Notes: generated from the sequence alone by a model not told the origin. Counted from the stretch's first letter, positions 9,300 to 19,303 are shown. The stretch is DNA of 40,000 bases from Bacteroidota bacterium (GCA_052035725.1 JBPOHJ010000019.1:38163-78162); one strand, 5' to 3'. Numbers and translations: made by a program.

Positions 9300-10508
9300 A
9301 TGTTTATCCAAGTATTCGGTTCGGTTTTTGTTGCTTGGCCCACGATCTTTAAAAGTTGCCAGAGGCTTTTTGTTTTAGTTTTTTCGGGAATGGGTATTGG
9401 ATTGAGCTCCTGTGGAGAAGAGGAGGTTAAAAAAGCACCTCCGCTTGAAATTCCGGTGATAAGTGTTCAACAAAGCGATGTGTTGCTTGAGGCTGAATAC
9501 ACCGGGCAAACCTATGGAGCCGCCGATATAAAAATTGCACCTAGAGTATATGGTATTGTTCAAACCGTGAATTTTAAAGAAGGCACAATGGTTAAGGAAG
9601 GTGATTTGTTGTACACTATTGATCCTATCCCATACAAAAATAAAGTGGATGCAGCAGCAGCAAACCTTGCAGAAGCGAACACCATGATGGTAAAAGCCAA
9701 AGCCGATTTGGATATGATTGAACCTTTAGCTAAAATCAACGCGGTGAGTCAGAGGGAATTGGTGAGCACTAAAGCGCAATACGAAGCAAGCAAAGCCAAA
9801 GTACAATCGGCCAGTGCTGCTTTAAGCAATGCTGAAATTGAATTGGGGTACTGTTCAGTTACGGCACCAATAAGTGGTTTGATTGGTATTTCGAAAGTAA
9901 GAGAAGGAGATTATGTCAGTCAGGGCCCACTGGCCACACTCAACACCATTTCAAAATTAGATAGTATTAGGGTTCGGTTCACGATCAGTGAACAGGAATT
10001 TATGCGTATTCAAAAAGACATGCGTGAAGAATACCTCAAACATGGCGGATTGGGTTCAAAAATTCAATTGATACTTTCTAACGGAATTCTTTACCCACAT
10101 ACTGGTCGCCTGAGTTTTGCTGATCGCCAAATTGATCCTTCCACCGGAGCCATCACTATTGAGGCCAGCTATCCGAATCCCGATCGCATTTTACGCCCGG
10201 GCCAATACGTAAAGGTGAGAATTGTAACGTCGATAATAACAAATGCCTTGCTTATACCTCAAAGGGCAGTGATTGAAATGCAAGGCATTTACCAGGTATA
10301 TGTGTTGGGGGATAGCAACAAAGTACAAATGAAAATTATTCAAACCGGCCCCGCTTACAAAGATGCCTACCTAGTTAATGAAGGGCTCAGTGCCAACGAA
10401 AAGGTGGCGCTCGGTGGAACAGCCTTGTTGAAAAACGGCAGTGTAATTGTACCGAAAAAAACACCTTGGGAAGCCGGAAGCAATGCCACCAAGCCCTCAA
10501 CCAAATAA
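9300..10508 (+). CDS. efflux RND transporter periplasmic adaptor subunit (membrane fusion protein), lipoprotein
   Basis: Lipobox GLSSC after a hydrophobic segment. Coiled-coil hairpin region (AAAANLAEANTMMVKAKADL...). Immediately upstream of the RND pump. The start is ambiguous: ATG at 9300 or 9270, while the track ORF begins at 9189. Confidence 0.85.
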   Translation: MFIQVFGSVFVAWPTIFKSCQRLFVLVFSGMGIGLSSCGEEEVKKAPPLEIPVISVQQSDVLLEAEYTGQTYGAADIKIAPRVYGIVQTVNFKEGTMVKEGDLLYTIDPIPYKNKVDAAAANLAEANTMMVKAKADLDMIEPLAKINAVSQRELVSTKAQYEASKAKVQSASAALSNAEIELGYCSVTAPISGLIGISKVREGDYVSQGPLATLNTISKLDSIRVRFTISEQEFMRIQKDMREEYLKHGGLGSKIQLILSNGILYPHTGRLSFADRQIDPSTGAITIEASYPNPDRILRPGQYVKVRIVTSIITNALLIPQRAVIEMQGIYQVYVLGDSNKVQMKIIQTGPAYKDAYLVNEGLSANEKVALGGTALLKNGSVIVPKKTPWEAGSNATKPSTK

Positions 10509-10520
10509 GCTTTAATCCGC

Positions 10521-13500
10521 ATGGGAGAGTTTTTTGTCAGACGACCGATTGTAGCCATGGTAATCAGTATCATTATTGTGATACTGGGATTACTGGCTCT
10601 GCAAAAAACACCAATTTCGCAGTACCCTGACATCAACCCACCGGTAGTGAAAATTACCACATCGTTCACCGGTGCCAACGCCTTGAATGTTGAACAAGCA
10701 GTAGCCACACCCATTGAACAAAAGGTAAATGGTGTGGAGCAAATGTTGTACATCAAATCCATCAACACCTCCGATGGCGCATTAACTGTTGAAGTCACTT
10801 TTGAAGTAGGCACCAATCTCGACAACGCCAACATGCTCACACAAAACCGGCAAAAACAATCAGAGCCCTTCATGCCTCAAAGTGTTAAGCAACAGGGTGT
10901 AGTCGTAAAAAAATCTCTCTCCTTTCCAATGATGCTTTTCACCGTTACTTCTGATAACCCAAAGTACGACGCTAAGTTCTTGAACAATTACGCCAACATT
11001 AATTTGGTGGATGCTTTAGCTAGGATAAAAGGAGTAGGTGAGGTGGCATTGTTTGGCGGAAGCGATTACGCCATGCGTGTTTGGCTAAGGCCGGATGTGA
11101 TGAGTAAACTGGGCATTTCTGTAGATGAAGTGAAAAAAGCGTTGAATGATCAAAACACCATTAGTCCTGGAGGAAAATTCGGCGCGGAACCTGCTCCCTT
11201 AGGTACTGAATTCACATACGGAATCAATTTACAGGAGCGTTTGGTCACCGAAAAAGAATTCGCTGATATTGTGGTGAGGAGCAAAGAAGATGGTTCAGAG
11301 GTATTACTGGGTGATATCGCACGCATCGAACTGGGCACCGAGAACTTCAGCTCCTTTTCACGTCGCAATAGCAATCCAAGTGCAGTAATTGCCTTGTATC
11401 AAATGCCGGGTAGTAACGCGCTGGAGGTGGCCAACGAAGCCAAAAAAGTTATGCACGAGATGTCGGAAAAATTTCCTCAGCAAATAGTTTATCAGGAATC
11501 ACTCGATACCACTCTTGCCATTACCGCGGGTGTTGAAGATATCATTCACACCTTGTTTGAAGCCATTGTGTTGGTGATTCTTGTGGTGTTCATCTTTTTG
11601 CAAAACTGGCGTGCCACCATAATTCCACTCATTACCGTTCCTATCTCTCTCATTGGTACACTCGCGGTTTTTCCAATGCTGGGTTTTTCCATTAATGTGT
11701 TATCATTGCTGGGTTTGGTGCTTGCTATCGGAATCGTGGTCGACGATGCCATTGTGGTAGTGGAAGCGGTGATGCACCACATCGAACATGGCAAAAGCCC
11801 ACGAGAGGCCACCCTACAGGCCATGCGTGAAGTATCGGGACCGGTGATTGCCATTGCACTCATTTTAATTGCGGTATTTGTTCCGGTGGCGATGACACCC
11901 GGGATAACAGGACGATTTTACCAACAGTTTGCCATCACCATCGCGGTATCGGTGGCGTTTTCGGCTTTTTCCGCACTTTCCTTAAGTCCCGCACTTTGCG
12001 CCATGATCTTAAAACCTACAAAACCCCTCAATGAACAAAAAGGCATATTAGCCAAATTTTTTCTGGGATTTAATAAAGTATTTGATAAGGTAACGGGTGG
12101 GTATTTAGCCGGGGCCGGTTTTTTTGCGAAGAAAATCAAAAGGGTGATTCTTCTTTTGCTGTTGGTGCTTGCCGCCACCGGTTTTTTCGGACTTAAAGTG
12201 CCAACCGGGTTTATTCCGGAGGAAGATCAAGGTTATTTTTTAATTAATGTTACGCTTCCTCCGGCCTCATCGATCCAAAGAACCGACGAGGTGACCAAGC
12301 AGGTAGAACAATTTTTGTCAAAAGAAGAGTCTTTTCTCTCTTACACCACCATCAATGGATTTAATATTCTCACGCAATCGTATCAACCTAACAATGCCTG
12401 TATTTTTATTTCACTGAAACCCTGGGAAGAACGCAAAGAAACCGCCAGACAAATTGTTGACAGAATAAATAAAGTATTGATGACACAAGTCACCAAAGGC
12501 AGCGCCACAGCCTTTGGACCTCCTGCAATTCAGGGCCTCGGTAACTCCGCCGGCTTTAGCATGATGTTGCAAGACCGTTCGGGAAAAACCCCTCAATACC
12601 TTGCAGAACAAACCAAAGCCTTTATTGCCGAAGCACAAAAGCGCCCCGAAATAAAACGCATTTATACTACCTTTAATGCCGGCAGTCCTCAGATAAAATT
12701 GGATATCGACCGGGAAAAGGCCATGAAATTAGGAGTGCCGGTGTCAAAGGTCACAGAAGCTTTGGGTGCATTTTTAGGATCCAATTACGTGAACGATTTC
12801 AACCGATTTGGAAGGCAATACAAGGTTTACATTCAGGCCGAAGCCAGCAGTCGCCTTCGTCCGGAAGATTTAAACCACATCTATGTAAAAAACAATTCGG
12901 GGGATATGTTGCCTGTCTCCACTTTGGTGTCTTATTCAAAAATCACAGCGCCTGAATTTACCAACCGTTTGAATCTGTTCAGGGCAGCCGAAATTGGCGG
13001 CGTTCCAAATGACGGTTACAGTAGCGCTCAGGCGTTGGATGCACTTGAAGAAGTGGCGGAAAAGGTTTTGCCGGCTGATATGGGTTACGGTTACATCAAT
13101 CTTTCTTATCAGGAGCGCAATTCACCCAGCGGAACTTCGGTTTTTGTGATGGCTCTGGTATTTGTGTTTTTAATTTTAGCCGCACAGTACGAAAGTTGGA
13201 AACTCCCATTTAGTGTTTTACTTGGGACACCTTTTGTTTTGTTTGGTGGATTGATGGGTTTGTATTTAGCGCGATTTAGAAGTGATGATTACCTTAACAA
13301 TGTGTTCGCTCAAATTGGTTTTGTTATGCTGATAGGTTTGGCAGCCAAAAATGCCATCCTGATTGTGGAGTTTGCAAAGGAGAGTTACGAAAAAGGAGCC
13401 AGCTTAATGGATGCAGCAATGACCTCGGCCAAATTGCGTTTCCGTCCCATTTTAATGACGGCTTTTGCCTTTATTCTCGGTGTTGTGCCATTACTTACCG

Positions 13501-13688
13501 CAACCGGAGCGGGCTCTCAGGCGCGTATTGTAATGGGTATGACCGTATTTAGCGGAATGTTGGTGGCTACCATTTTGGGCGTTTTGGTGGTGCCTGCTCT
13601 TTTCGTGATGATAGAAAGTATTGGCAAAAAGAAAAAAACGGAAAATGAGGAAATCTCAACTCCGGGAACTCAGAATGAAACGCACTAA
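10521..13688 (+). CDS. efflux RND transporter permease subunit (HAE1/AcrB-like)
   Basis: 1055 aa with a 12-TM layout and two large periplasmic loops. TM4 motif LAIGIVVDDAIVVVE. Confidence 0.95.
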   Translation: MGEFFVRRPIVAMVISIIIVILGLLALQKTPISQYPDINPPVVKITTSFTGANALNVEQAVATPIEQKVNGVEQMLYIKSINTSDGALTVEVTFEVGTNLDNANMLTQNRQKQSEPFMPQSVKQQGVVVKKSLSFPMMLFTVTSDNPKYDAKFLNNYANINLVDALARIKGVGEVALFGGSDYAMRVWLRPDVMSKLGISVDEVKKALNDQNTISPGGKFGAEPAPLGTEFTYGINLQERLVTEKEFADIVVRSKEDGSEVLLGDIARIELGTENFSSFSRRNSNPSAVIALYQMPGSNALEVANEAKKVMHEMSEKFPQQIVYQESLDTTLAITAGVEDIIHTLFEAIVLVILVVFIFLQNWRATIIPLITVPISLIGTLAVFPMLGFSINVLSLLGLVLAIGIVVDDAIVVVEAVMHHIEHGKSPREATLQAMREVSGPVIAIALILIAVFVPVAMTPGITGRFYQQFAITIAVSVAFSAFSALSLSPALCAMILKPTKPLNEQKGILAKFFLGFNKVFDKVTGGYLAGAGFFAKKIKRVILLLLLVLAATGFFGLKVPTGFIPEEDQGYFLINVTLPPASSIQRTDEVTKQVEQFLSKEESFLSYTTINGFNILTQSYQPNNACIFISLKPWEERKETARQIVDRINKVLMTQVTKGSATAFGPPAIQGLGNSAGFSMMLQDRSGKTPQYLAEQTKAFIAEAQKRPEIKRIYTTFNAGSPQIKLDIDREKAMKLGVPVSKVTEALGAFLGSNYVNDFNRFGRQYKVYIQAEASSRLRPEDLNHIYVKNNSGDMLPVSTLVSYSKITAPEFTNRLNLFRAAEIGGVPNDGYSSAQALDALEEVAEKVLPADMGYGYINLSYQERNSPSGTSVFVMALVFVFLILAAQYESWKLPFSVLLGTPFVLFGGLMGLYLARFRSDDYLNNVFAQIGFVMLIGLAAKNAILIVEFAKESYEKGASLMDAAMTSAKLRFRPILMTAFAFILGVVPLLTATGAGSQARIVMGMTVFSGMLVATILGVLVVPALFVMIESIGKKKKTENEEISTPGTQNETH

Positions 13689-13689
13689 T

Positions 13690-15036
13690 ATGAAAAGGCG
13701 ATACCTATATGGTTTAATGTTACTGCTTGGTTTAAATGCTTGTAGGGTGGGGCCTGATTATAAACGCAGCGATAAATCAAAAGCATCTTCAGGATGGATA
13801 ACACAAGCCGAGTTCATTAACACCGCTGATACCATTACCAACTTAAAATGGTTTGATTTGTTTAAAGACACAGTTCTCAAAGTTTTGATAGATACCGCCA
13901 TTAAACACAACTACAATCTGGCGAACGCGGCTTTGCGCATCGAACAGTCCCGTGCTAACTACAGCAATTCCAAAGCCGATTTGTTACCTGACTTCAGTTA
14001 TTTTGCCAGGGCAAGAAATCGGGATCCACAGGCCAATTCTTTTTCTGTACTGGGCATTGCCAGTTGGGAAATTGATGTGTGGGGTAAATTACGCAGGGCC
14101 AAACGTGCGGCCTATTCTGAAATGCTGGCAAGCGAGGAAGGTATGAAAACGATTTTAACCACTTTGATTTCAGATGTGGCCAGTTATTACTTTTTAATGC
14201 GGGATTACGATTACCGTTTAAAAGTGTCGGAACAAATTGTGCAAAGTCGGCAGGTGTATTACGAACTTATCAATGCGCGTTTTAAAGGTGGTGACGTTTC
14301 TGAATTAGATGTGTTGCAGGCCGACCAACAATTGTCATTTGCAAAAGCTACGGTACAAAGCATCAAACGTCAACTGGCCTTTACTGAGAGAAGTTTAAAT
14401 ATTTTGTTGGGACAAATGCCTCAACCCATTGCAAGGGGCCTGGAAAATTCAGCGCAACCTGAATTCCCGGTCATCCCTTCAGGCCTACCTTCTTCTGTTT
14501 TGGAAAACCGTCCGGATGTTCGCCAGGCCGAGTACAATTTAAGGGCAGAAACCGAACGCATAGGAGTGGCCATTGGCCAACGTTTACCGGCTTTTAGTCT
14601 TACGGGCATTTTGGGAGTGGCGAGTCCACAACTGAGTAATTTTGTTTTAACCAGTTCCGCTTCGGCCAGCCTGTTAGGACCCATCTTTAATTTTGGTAAA
14701 AACAAACGCCGGGTTACAATACAACGTAAGGAAGCCGAAATTGCCGGTAACCGTTTTTTAAACGTCTACATTTCAGCGTTGGGTGAAGTTGAAGGTTCGT
14801 TGGTGGCCGTTCAAACTTACAAAGAGGAATACGAAGCTCGTAAACATCAGGCAGAAGTGGCCAACAAATCCCTGACGCTATCTAAAGAACGTTACAGCAA
14901 TGGCTATACCAATTACCTTGAGGTATTAATTGCCGAGGGTATCGCTTTGGATTCTGAATTGCAGGCTTCAGCTACCCGCGGGCAACAACTCTCTGCCTAT
15001 GTGCAATTATACAGAGCACTTGGAGGAGGATGGTAA
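13690..15036 (+). CDS. efflux transporter outer-membrane factor lipoprotein (NodT/TolC family)
   Basis: The ATG at 13690 lies 2 nt after the pump's stop and gives MKRRYLYGLMLLLGLNAC (lipobox). The body is an internally duplicated helical/beta OMF. The track start at 13621 overlaps the pump. Confidence 0.9.
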   Translation: MKRRYLYGLMLLLGLNACRVGPDYKRSDKSKASSGWITQAEFINTADTITNLKWFDLFKDTVLKVLIDTAIKHNYNLANAALRIEQSRANYSNSKADLLPDFSYFARARNRDPQANSFSVLGIASWEIDVWGKLRRAKRAAYSEMLASEEGMKTILTTLISDVASYYFLMRDYDYRLKVSEQIVQSRQVYYELINARFKGGDVSELDVLQADQQLSFAKATVQSIKRQLAFTERSLNILLGQMPQPIARGLENSAQPEFPVIPSGLPSSVLENRPDVRQAEYNLRAETERIGVAIGQRLPAFSLTGILGVASPQLSNFVLTSSASASLLGPIFNFGKNKRRVTIQRKEAEIAGNRFLNVYISALGEVEGSLVAVQTYKEEYEARKHQAEVANKSLTLSKERYSNGYTNYLEVLIAEGIALDSELQASATRGQQLSAYVQLYRALGGGW

Positions 15037-15203
15037 AGAGGAACCTTATAATGTAATGCCAATTAGGGGTCTTTCATCTAACCAGGAGGAAGACCGCGGC
15101 GGGCAGGTACTAGTAAACTGTCACCAATTAGAAATTAGTAATTATTTCGTGAGACGCTGAGCAAAACCTGAGTGCTCTGTGGTTAGGTAAATTGGTAAGT
15201 GGT

Positions 15204-15884
15204 TTAGGGCTCAGTTACCGGAGCAACGGGAGCAGGGCTTGCTTTCTTTTTTCCATTGAGCAGAAAGTTAAGGCTTCCTCCAAGGTTAAACTGCCAAAAA
15301 GTAGAGTACCCGGTTAAACCTGCACCTGTGCCGCCGGTGCCTAAGTAAACACCTCCGCCTATGGCTTGTACGGCAGAAATTAACTGACCGTGAATACGAA
15401 TGCTGATATTGTCGGAGGCTTGAAATTTAAGCCCTAACCTAGCTCCCCAACAAAATTTTTCGGTATTCGAATCTTTGGAATTGTCTTTGGTGCTGATGAT
15501 ACCTAAACCGGCATTGAGTGTGCTGAAGCCGCTGATTTTTTCGGTGAATGGTTGGTAACGTGTGCCACCCAAAAGTATGTAGTCGATGCTGATTCTTCCT
15601 GAAGTTTGGTCTTGAACGATGTTGGTACCGCTCACAACCGGGCGAAACAAATAACCATCCGTATCGAGGCGTTGGTAAATGAGTTCAATGGCCACTCTTT
15701 CTCTGAAGGCAAATTCAAAACCGCCGCCCCATTGAAAACCGTCATTTACTTTACCATCGTATCCATCATCGGTTACAACTTTATCGGCAAAAGAATAGCT
15801 TTCAAATGTCAGCAAGGTAATGTCCACTTGCGCATTAAGGTAAGAGAAGGAAACAAGTAAAAAGAGGAGGAAGGCTTTTTTCAT
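15204..15884 (-). CDS. outer-membrane beta-barrel (porin-family-like) protein
   Basis: The ATG at 15882-15884 gives MKKAFLLFLLVSFSYLNAQ. Gly/aromatic-rich strand pattern. The longer track ORF is an N-terminal extension. Confidence 0.65.
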   Translation of the reverse strand: MKKAFLLFLLVSFSYLNAQVDITLLTFESYSFADKVVTDDGYDGKVNDGFQWGGGFEFAFRERVAIELIYQRLDTDGYLFRPVVSGTNIVQDQTSGRISIDYILLGGTRYQPFTEKISGFSTLNAGLGIISTKDNSKDSNTEKFCWGARLGLKFQASDNISIRIHGQLISAVQAIGGGVYLGTGGTGAGLTGYSTFWQFNLGGSLNFLLNGKKKASPAPVAPVTEP

Positions 15885-15993
15885 AAGGTTGGGATTAACA
15901 ACACGAATATAAATCAATAATTTAGAAGTTGAAAAACACACTTCAGATTCCTGGGCCTATTGCTCATGTAATTTTTTGCAGTATTTTCGTACA

Positions 15994-16626
15994 ATGAAAT
16001 CACCTTTATCGTTTGCCTTGGCTTTAGCCATGTTGTTAATGGCCTGCTCTCCCTCACAGGACATAGTTGCCACCTATATCGATCGTCCTAATTTACCGAA
16101 AGAACCCTACAAAAAGGTATTTGTGATGGCTTTGCTGCAGGATAATATAGTGCGTGGACAGCTTGAAAACAAAATTGCAGCGCAATTGGTGAAAAGAGGG
16201 AAAACGGTGGTTAAAAGTTCGGAGTTGTTTCCGGTGAAATTAAGTAAGACCGAAGTTAGCAACGAAGATCTTATTAAAGTGATCAAAGATCAGGGATGTG
16301 ACATGGTATTTACACTGGCATTACTTGATGTAAAAACAACACAAACCTACCAACCCGGTACTACCTATGCCCCATACGGGTATGGCTATTACGGTTCGTA
16401 TTATGGCTATTATGGGTATTATGCAGGGTACACTTCAAGTCCGGGCTACTATGTTACCGACCGTTCTTATTATGTTGAAACCAATTTTTACGATGTAAAA
16501 TCCGATAAGCTGGTTTGCTCAATCCAATCGGTGGCATACAATCCGAGCAATTTTGACTCCTGGTTTGTTGATTATTCCCGCTTACTTGTTTACACCCTAA
16601 GAAAAGAAGGGGTGATAAAAGAGTAA
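15994..16626 (+). CDS. lipoprotein with an internal Tyr/Gly-rich low-complexity insert
   Basis: The ATG at 15994 gives MKSPLSFALALAMLLMAC (lipobox). The track start at 15976 is TTG. It contains YAPYGYGYYGSYYGYYGYYAGYTSSPGYY. Confidence 0.6.
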   Translation: MKSPLSFALALAMLLMACSPSQDIVATYIDRPNLPKEPYKKVFVMALLQDNIVRGQLENKIAAQLVKRGKTVVKSSELFPVKLSKTEVSNEDLIKVIKDQGCDMVFTLALLDVKTTQTYQPGTTYAPYGYGYYGSYYGYYGYYAGYTSSPGYYVTDRSYYVETNFYDVKSDKLVCSIQSVAYNPSNFDSWFVDYSRLLVYTLRKEGVIKE

Positions 16627-16974
16627 ACCTAAGCATTGCCAGTGGCGGTTTAGTGCAGTAACTTACCTTAGGGTAAGAACGGGAGTTTTGTTAACCGGTA
16701 GTTTATACTTCACTGGTTTTTGTGACAGGCCTATTTACCAACTTTATAAGAAAGTATTGGCGTTTTTTTGCTTGATACGCCTTGATGGAGGTATGGGCCA
16801 AAAACCAATGATTGAAGGATTGCCCTCACAAGTTAACCTTATTTGCGCCAGGGACCGCAGCGATAGCTCCCGCGGGCGTATTGCGTAGTGTTTAAGAGCG
16901 AGGAGGCTTTTTGTGATAACAAAAAGACACCGGAGCCTGTAAAACACAGCAAGACGCAGCGGGACTAAAGCGAA

Positions 16975-17100
16975 GGGCCCGACCCTGAATCGCGGCAAAG
17001 GCCCGGTGGGCCTTTGAGCGAGCATGTATGCGGTAGATCCTTCACACATGCTGGCTCAAATGTGCACAGCACATTTGCCCTCTGATTCAGGGGGGCGCCC
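16975..17100. other. 126-nt cloverleaf-like element: three near-perfect hairpins closed by a 9-bp (extendable) stem; candidate structured RNA or palindromic repeat element
   Basis: The closing stem pairs CCCTGAATC (16983-16991) with GATTCAGGG (17084-17092). Hairpin 1 is AAAGGCCC ggt GGGCCTTT (16997-17015). Hairpin 2 is GAGCGAGCATGT...ACATGCTGGCTC (17016-17057, 11 of 12 pairs). Hairpin 3 is AAATGTGC aca GCACATTT (17058-17076). Confidence 0.35.
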
Positions 17101-17149
17101 AAATACTAAAAAATACACTATCAATCTTAACTATTTGGTATATTTAATC

Positions 17150-17773
17150 GTGCTGATAAGGATTAACGAAGAGAACATTCGATTTGAAGACATTCAAACC
17201 ATTACCGCCTGTTTAAAAAATGGCGGGGTAATTATTTATCCAACCGATACCGTTTACGCTTTGGGTTGCGATATTCACAGCATGAAGGCCCTTGAAAAGA
17301 TATGCAAACTCAAAGGCATTAAACTCGATAAAGCCAATTTTTCCTTTGTGTGTTCTGACCTCAGTCATCTGTCAAATTACACACGTGCTATTCCCAACCA
17401 CGTGTTTAGGGTAATGAAGCGGGCCTTACCCGGTCCTTATACCTTTATACTTGAAGCCAACAACGAAGTGCCTAAACTCTTAAAACAAAACAAAAAAACC
17501 GTGGGTATTCGTGTGCCGGATAACCAGATTTGTAAAGCCATAGTTGAAGGGCTTGGTAATCCAATAATTTCAACCTCTTTGCACGACAACAGCGATGATA
17601 TTTTAGAATATTTTTCTGATCCTGAGCTTATTCACAGACAATACGGTGAAACAGTGGATATGGTGATTGACGGAGGATTTGGAAACATTCATCCCTCAAC
17701 AATAATCGACTGCAGTGGAGACGAGATGCTTGTAATACGAGAGGGTATGGGAAGTTTAGATGTGTTGGCCTAA
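17150..17773 (+). CDS. tsaC: L-threonylcarbamoyladenylate synthase (YrdC/Sua5 family, short form)
   Basis: The motif GGVIIYPTDTVYALGCD and the overall length fit YrdC. A GTG start at 17150 gives (M)LIRINEEN..., a typical family N-terminus. The track ORF from 17024 runs through the hairpin region. Confidence 0.8.
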   Translation: MLIRINEENIRFEDIQTITACLKNGGVIIYPTDTVYALGCDIHSMKALEKICKLKGIKLDKANFSFVCSDLSHLSNYTRAIPNHVFRVMKRALPGPYTFILEANNEVPKLLKQNKKTVGIRVPDNQICKAIVEGLGNPIISTSLHDNSDDILEYFSDPELIHRQYGETVDMVIDGGFGNIHPSTIIDCSGDEMLVIREGMGSLDVLA

Positions 17774-17865
17774 ATGCCAAAACGCAGCCGGCATTTTGCA
17801 AAAGGTCTGACACAGATCATTTTTCGCCTGAACATTTAACCTTAACTTTATTAAAATGAGAAATT

Positions 17866-18678
17866 ATGCTGGTTTCAAATAAAACACTGGTGGTAACCGG
17901 AGGCGGAAATGGCATGGGACGGGAATTGGTACTCCTTTTGCTCAAAAAAAACGCCCGGGTTGCAGCTGTCGACATTCGTAAGGAAGCCCTCGAACAAACG
18001 CAGGAACTTGCCGATGAACACAGAAAATCGTTATCGATTCATGTACTCAACATAAGCGATAGGGCGGTGGTTGAACAATTGCCTGAGCAGGTAATTGCTG
18101 CACATGGCAGCATTGACGGGCTCATCAACAACGCGGGCATTATTCAGCCTTTTGTAAAGGTAAAAGACTTACAGTACGATACAATTGATAGGGTGATGCA
18201 GGTCAACTTTAATGGCCTGCTGTATATGACCAAAACCTTTTTGCCGCATTTGCTTAAACGACCTGAGGCGCATATTGTGAACATTTCGAGTATGGGGGGC
18301 TTTTTGCCGGTACCCGGACAAACCATTTACGGTGCTTCTAAAGCAGCGGTAAAATTGTTTACCGAAGGATTGCACTCTGAATTAACCGAAACAACCGTTA
18401 GGGTAAGTATTGTGTTTCCGGGAGCCATTGGTACGCAAATTGCAGAGAATTCGGGTGTTGTTGCCAGTGCCGAAATGCAGGAGATGACCAAATCAAGTAA
18501 CATCAAAATGCTTCCTGCATCTAAAGCGGCTGAACTTATCGTTAGAGGTATGGAAAACAACGCATACCGGGTGCTGGTGGGTTCTGATTCAAAGTTGATG
18601 GATTTGCTTTACCGCTTTAATCCCAAATTTGCGGCAGGGTTCATTTACAAACAAATGAAGGCTTTGCTGCCTAAGTAA
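17866..18678 (+). CDS. SDR family oxidoreductase
   Basis: TGGGNGMGR cofactor motif, NNAG, and catalytic YGASKAA (YxxxK). Confidence 0.85.
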   Translation: MLVSNKTLVVTGGGNGMGRELVLLLLKKNARVAAVDIRKEALEQTQELADEHRKSLSIHVLNISDRAVVEQLPEQVIAAHGSIDGLINNAGIIQPFVKVKDLQYDTIDRVMQVNFNGLLYMTKTFLPHLLKRPEAHIVNISSMGGFLPVPGQTIYGASKAAVKLFTEGLHSELTETTVRVSIVFPGAIGTQIAENSGVVASAEMQEMTKSSNIKMLPASKAAELIVRGMENNAYRVLVGSDSKLMDLLYRFNPKFAAGFIYKQMKALLPK

Positions 18679-18826
18679 GGAATGGTTATGCACTACCATT
18701 TATGGTTGACATTGCCAAAACAGGTAGTTAGTAGAAGTTAGAAAGGCTATACCAAAGAGTATAGTAAACCAATAGTAATTGTGGCTTTAATTTAGCAGGC
18801 AATTACGAATGTAGTTTGCTTGTGGT

Positions 18827-19297
18827 TTAGTTGAGTTTTTTCCAAAAAATAATTTTGTCTTCGCCTTCATTCCAAAAATCCTTGATTCTGGCTTCTTGTC
18901 TGTAACCGAGTTTGAGGTAAAATTGTCGGGTTAAGGCATACTGGTCTAAACTGGAAGTTTCAACAATTAACACTCTATGGCCTTGTTGAGCCAGTAATTT
19001 TTCAATGAAGTTCATCATTTTTCCTCCAATGCCTTGACCTTGTAATTCCTTTCGCACGGCAATTGCATAAAGGTTGTAGGTTCCCTTGGTGAGTTTTTCT
19101 GCTGCACAATAACCGAGTGCAATGGGTTTGGTTTTATATACGCAGGTAAACCAAATGTCTGTAGAATCTTTGTTGCTAATATAGTCAGCCATCATTTCGT
19201 CAAGCAGTTCCGACGGAAAGAGTTCGCTGGAGTCTAGTACTTCCTTTAGTGCCGGTAGATCTTGAAGTTGCACTTTTCTTATTTGTTGATCAGGCAT
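18827..19297 (-). CDS. GNAT family N-acetyltransferase
   Basis: Acetyl-CoA motif RKELQGQGIGGKMM. 156 aa. Confidence 0.8.
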   Translation of the reverse strand: MPDQQIRKVQLQDLPALKEVLDSSELFPSELLDEMMADYISNKDSTDIWFTCVYKTKPIALGYCAAEKLTKGTYNLYAIAVRKELQGQGIGGKMMNFIEKLLAQQGHRVLIVETSSLDQYALTRQFYLKLGYRQEARIKDFWNEGEDKIIFWKKLN

Positions 19298-19303
19298 AGG
19301 TGT

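Noticed and set aside
10367-12638. Several 74-168-aa ORFs antisense to or out of frame with the RND pump. Similar shadow ORFs occur inside the sulfatase, cax, gldG and the large T9SS gene.
   Set aside because: They lie entirely within long, well-supported genes and have no motifs. They are typical shadow ORFs.
16688-17049. Track ORFs of 66 aa (plus strand) and 101 aa (minus strand) in the gap upstream of tsaC.
   Set aside because: They have a non-ATG or context-less start and Arg/Pro/Leu-rich nonsense-like composition. They run straight through perfect hairpins. The region is treated as non-coding.
16975-17100. The cloverleaf shape suggested a tRNA-like gene, tmRNA, RNase P RNA or SRP RNA.
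   Set aside because: It is too long for a tRNA. It lacks the conserved T-loop/acceptor-CCA context, the RNase P GAGGAAAGUCC box, the tmRNA 3' end and the SRP GGAA/AGCA motifs on either strand.
18805-18814. ACGAATGTAG just downstream of the GNAT gene matches the core of the conserved downstream element (26308-26317).
   Set aside because: A single 10-mer match is far below significance in 40 kb, and the flanks do not align.
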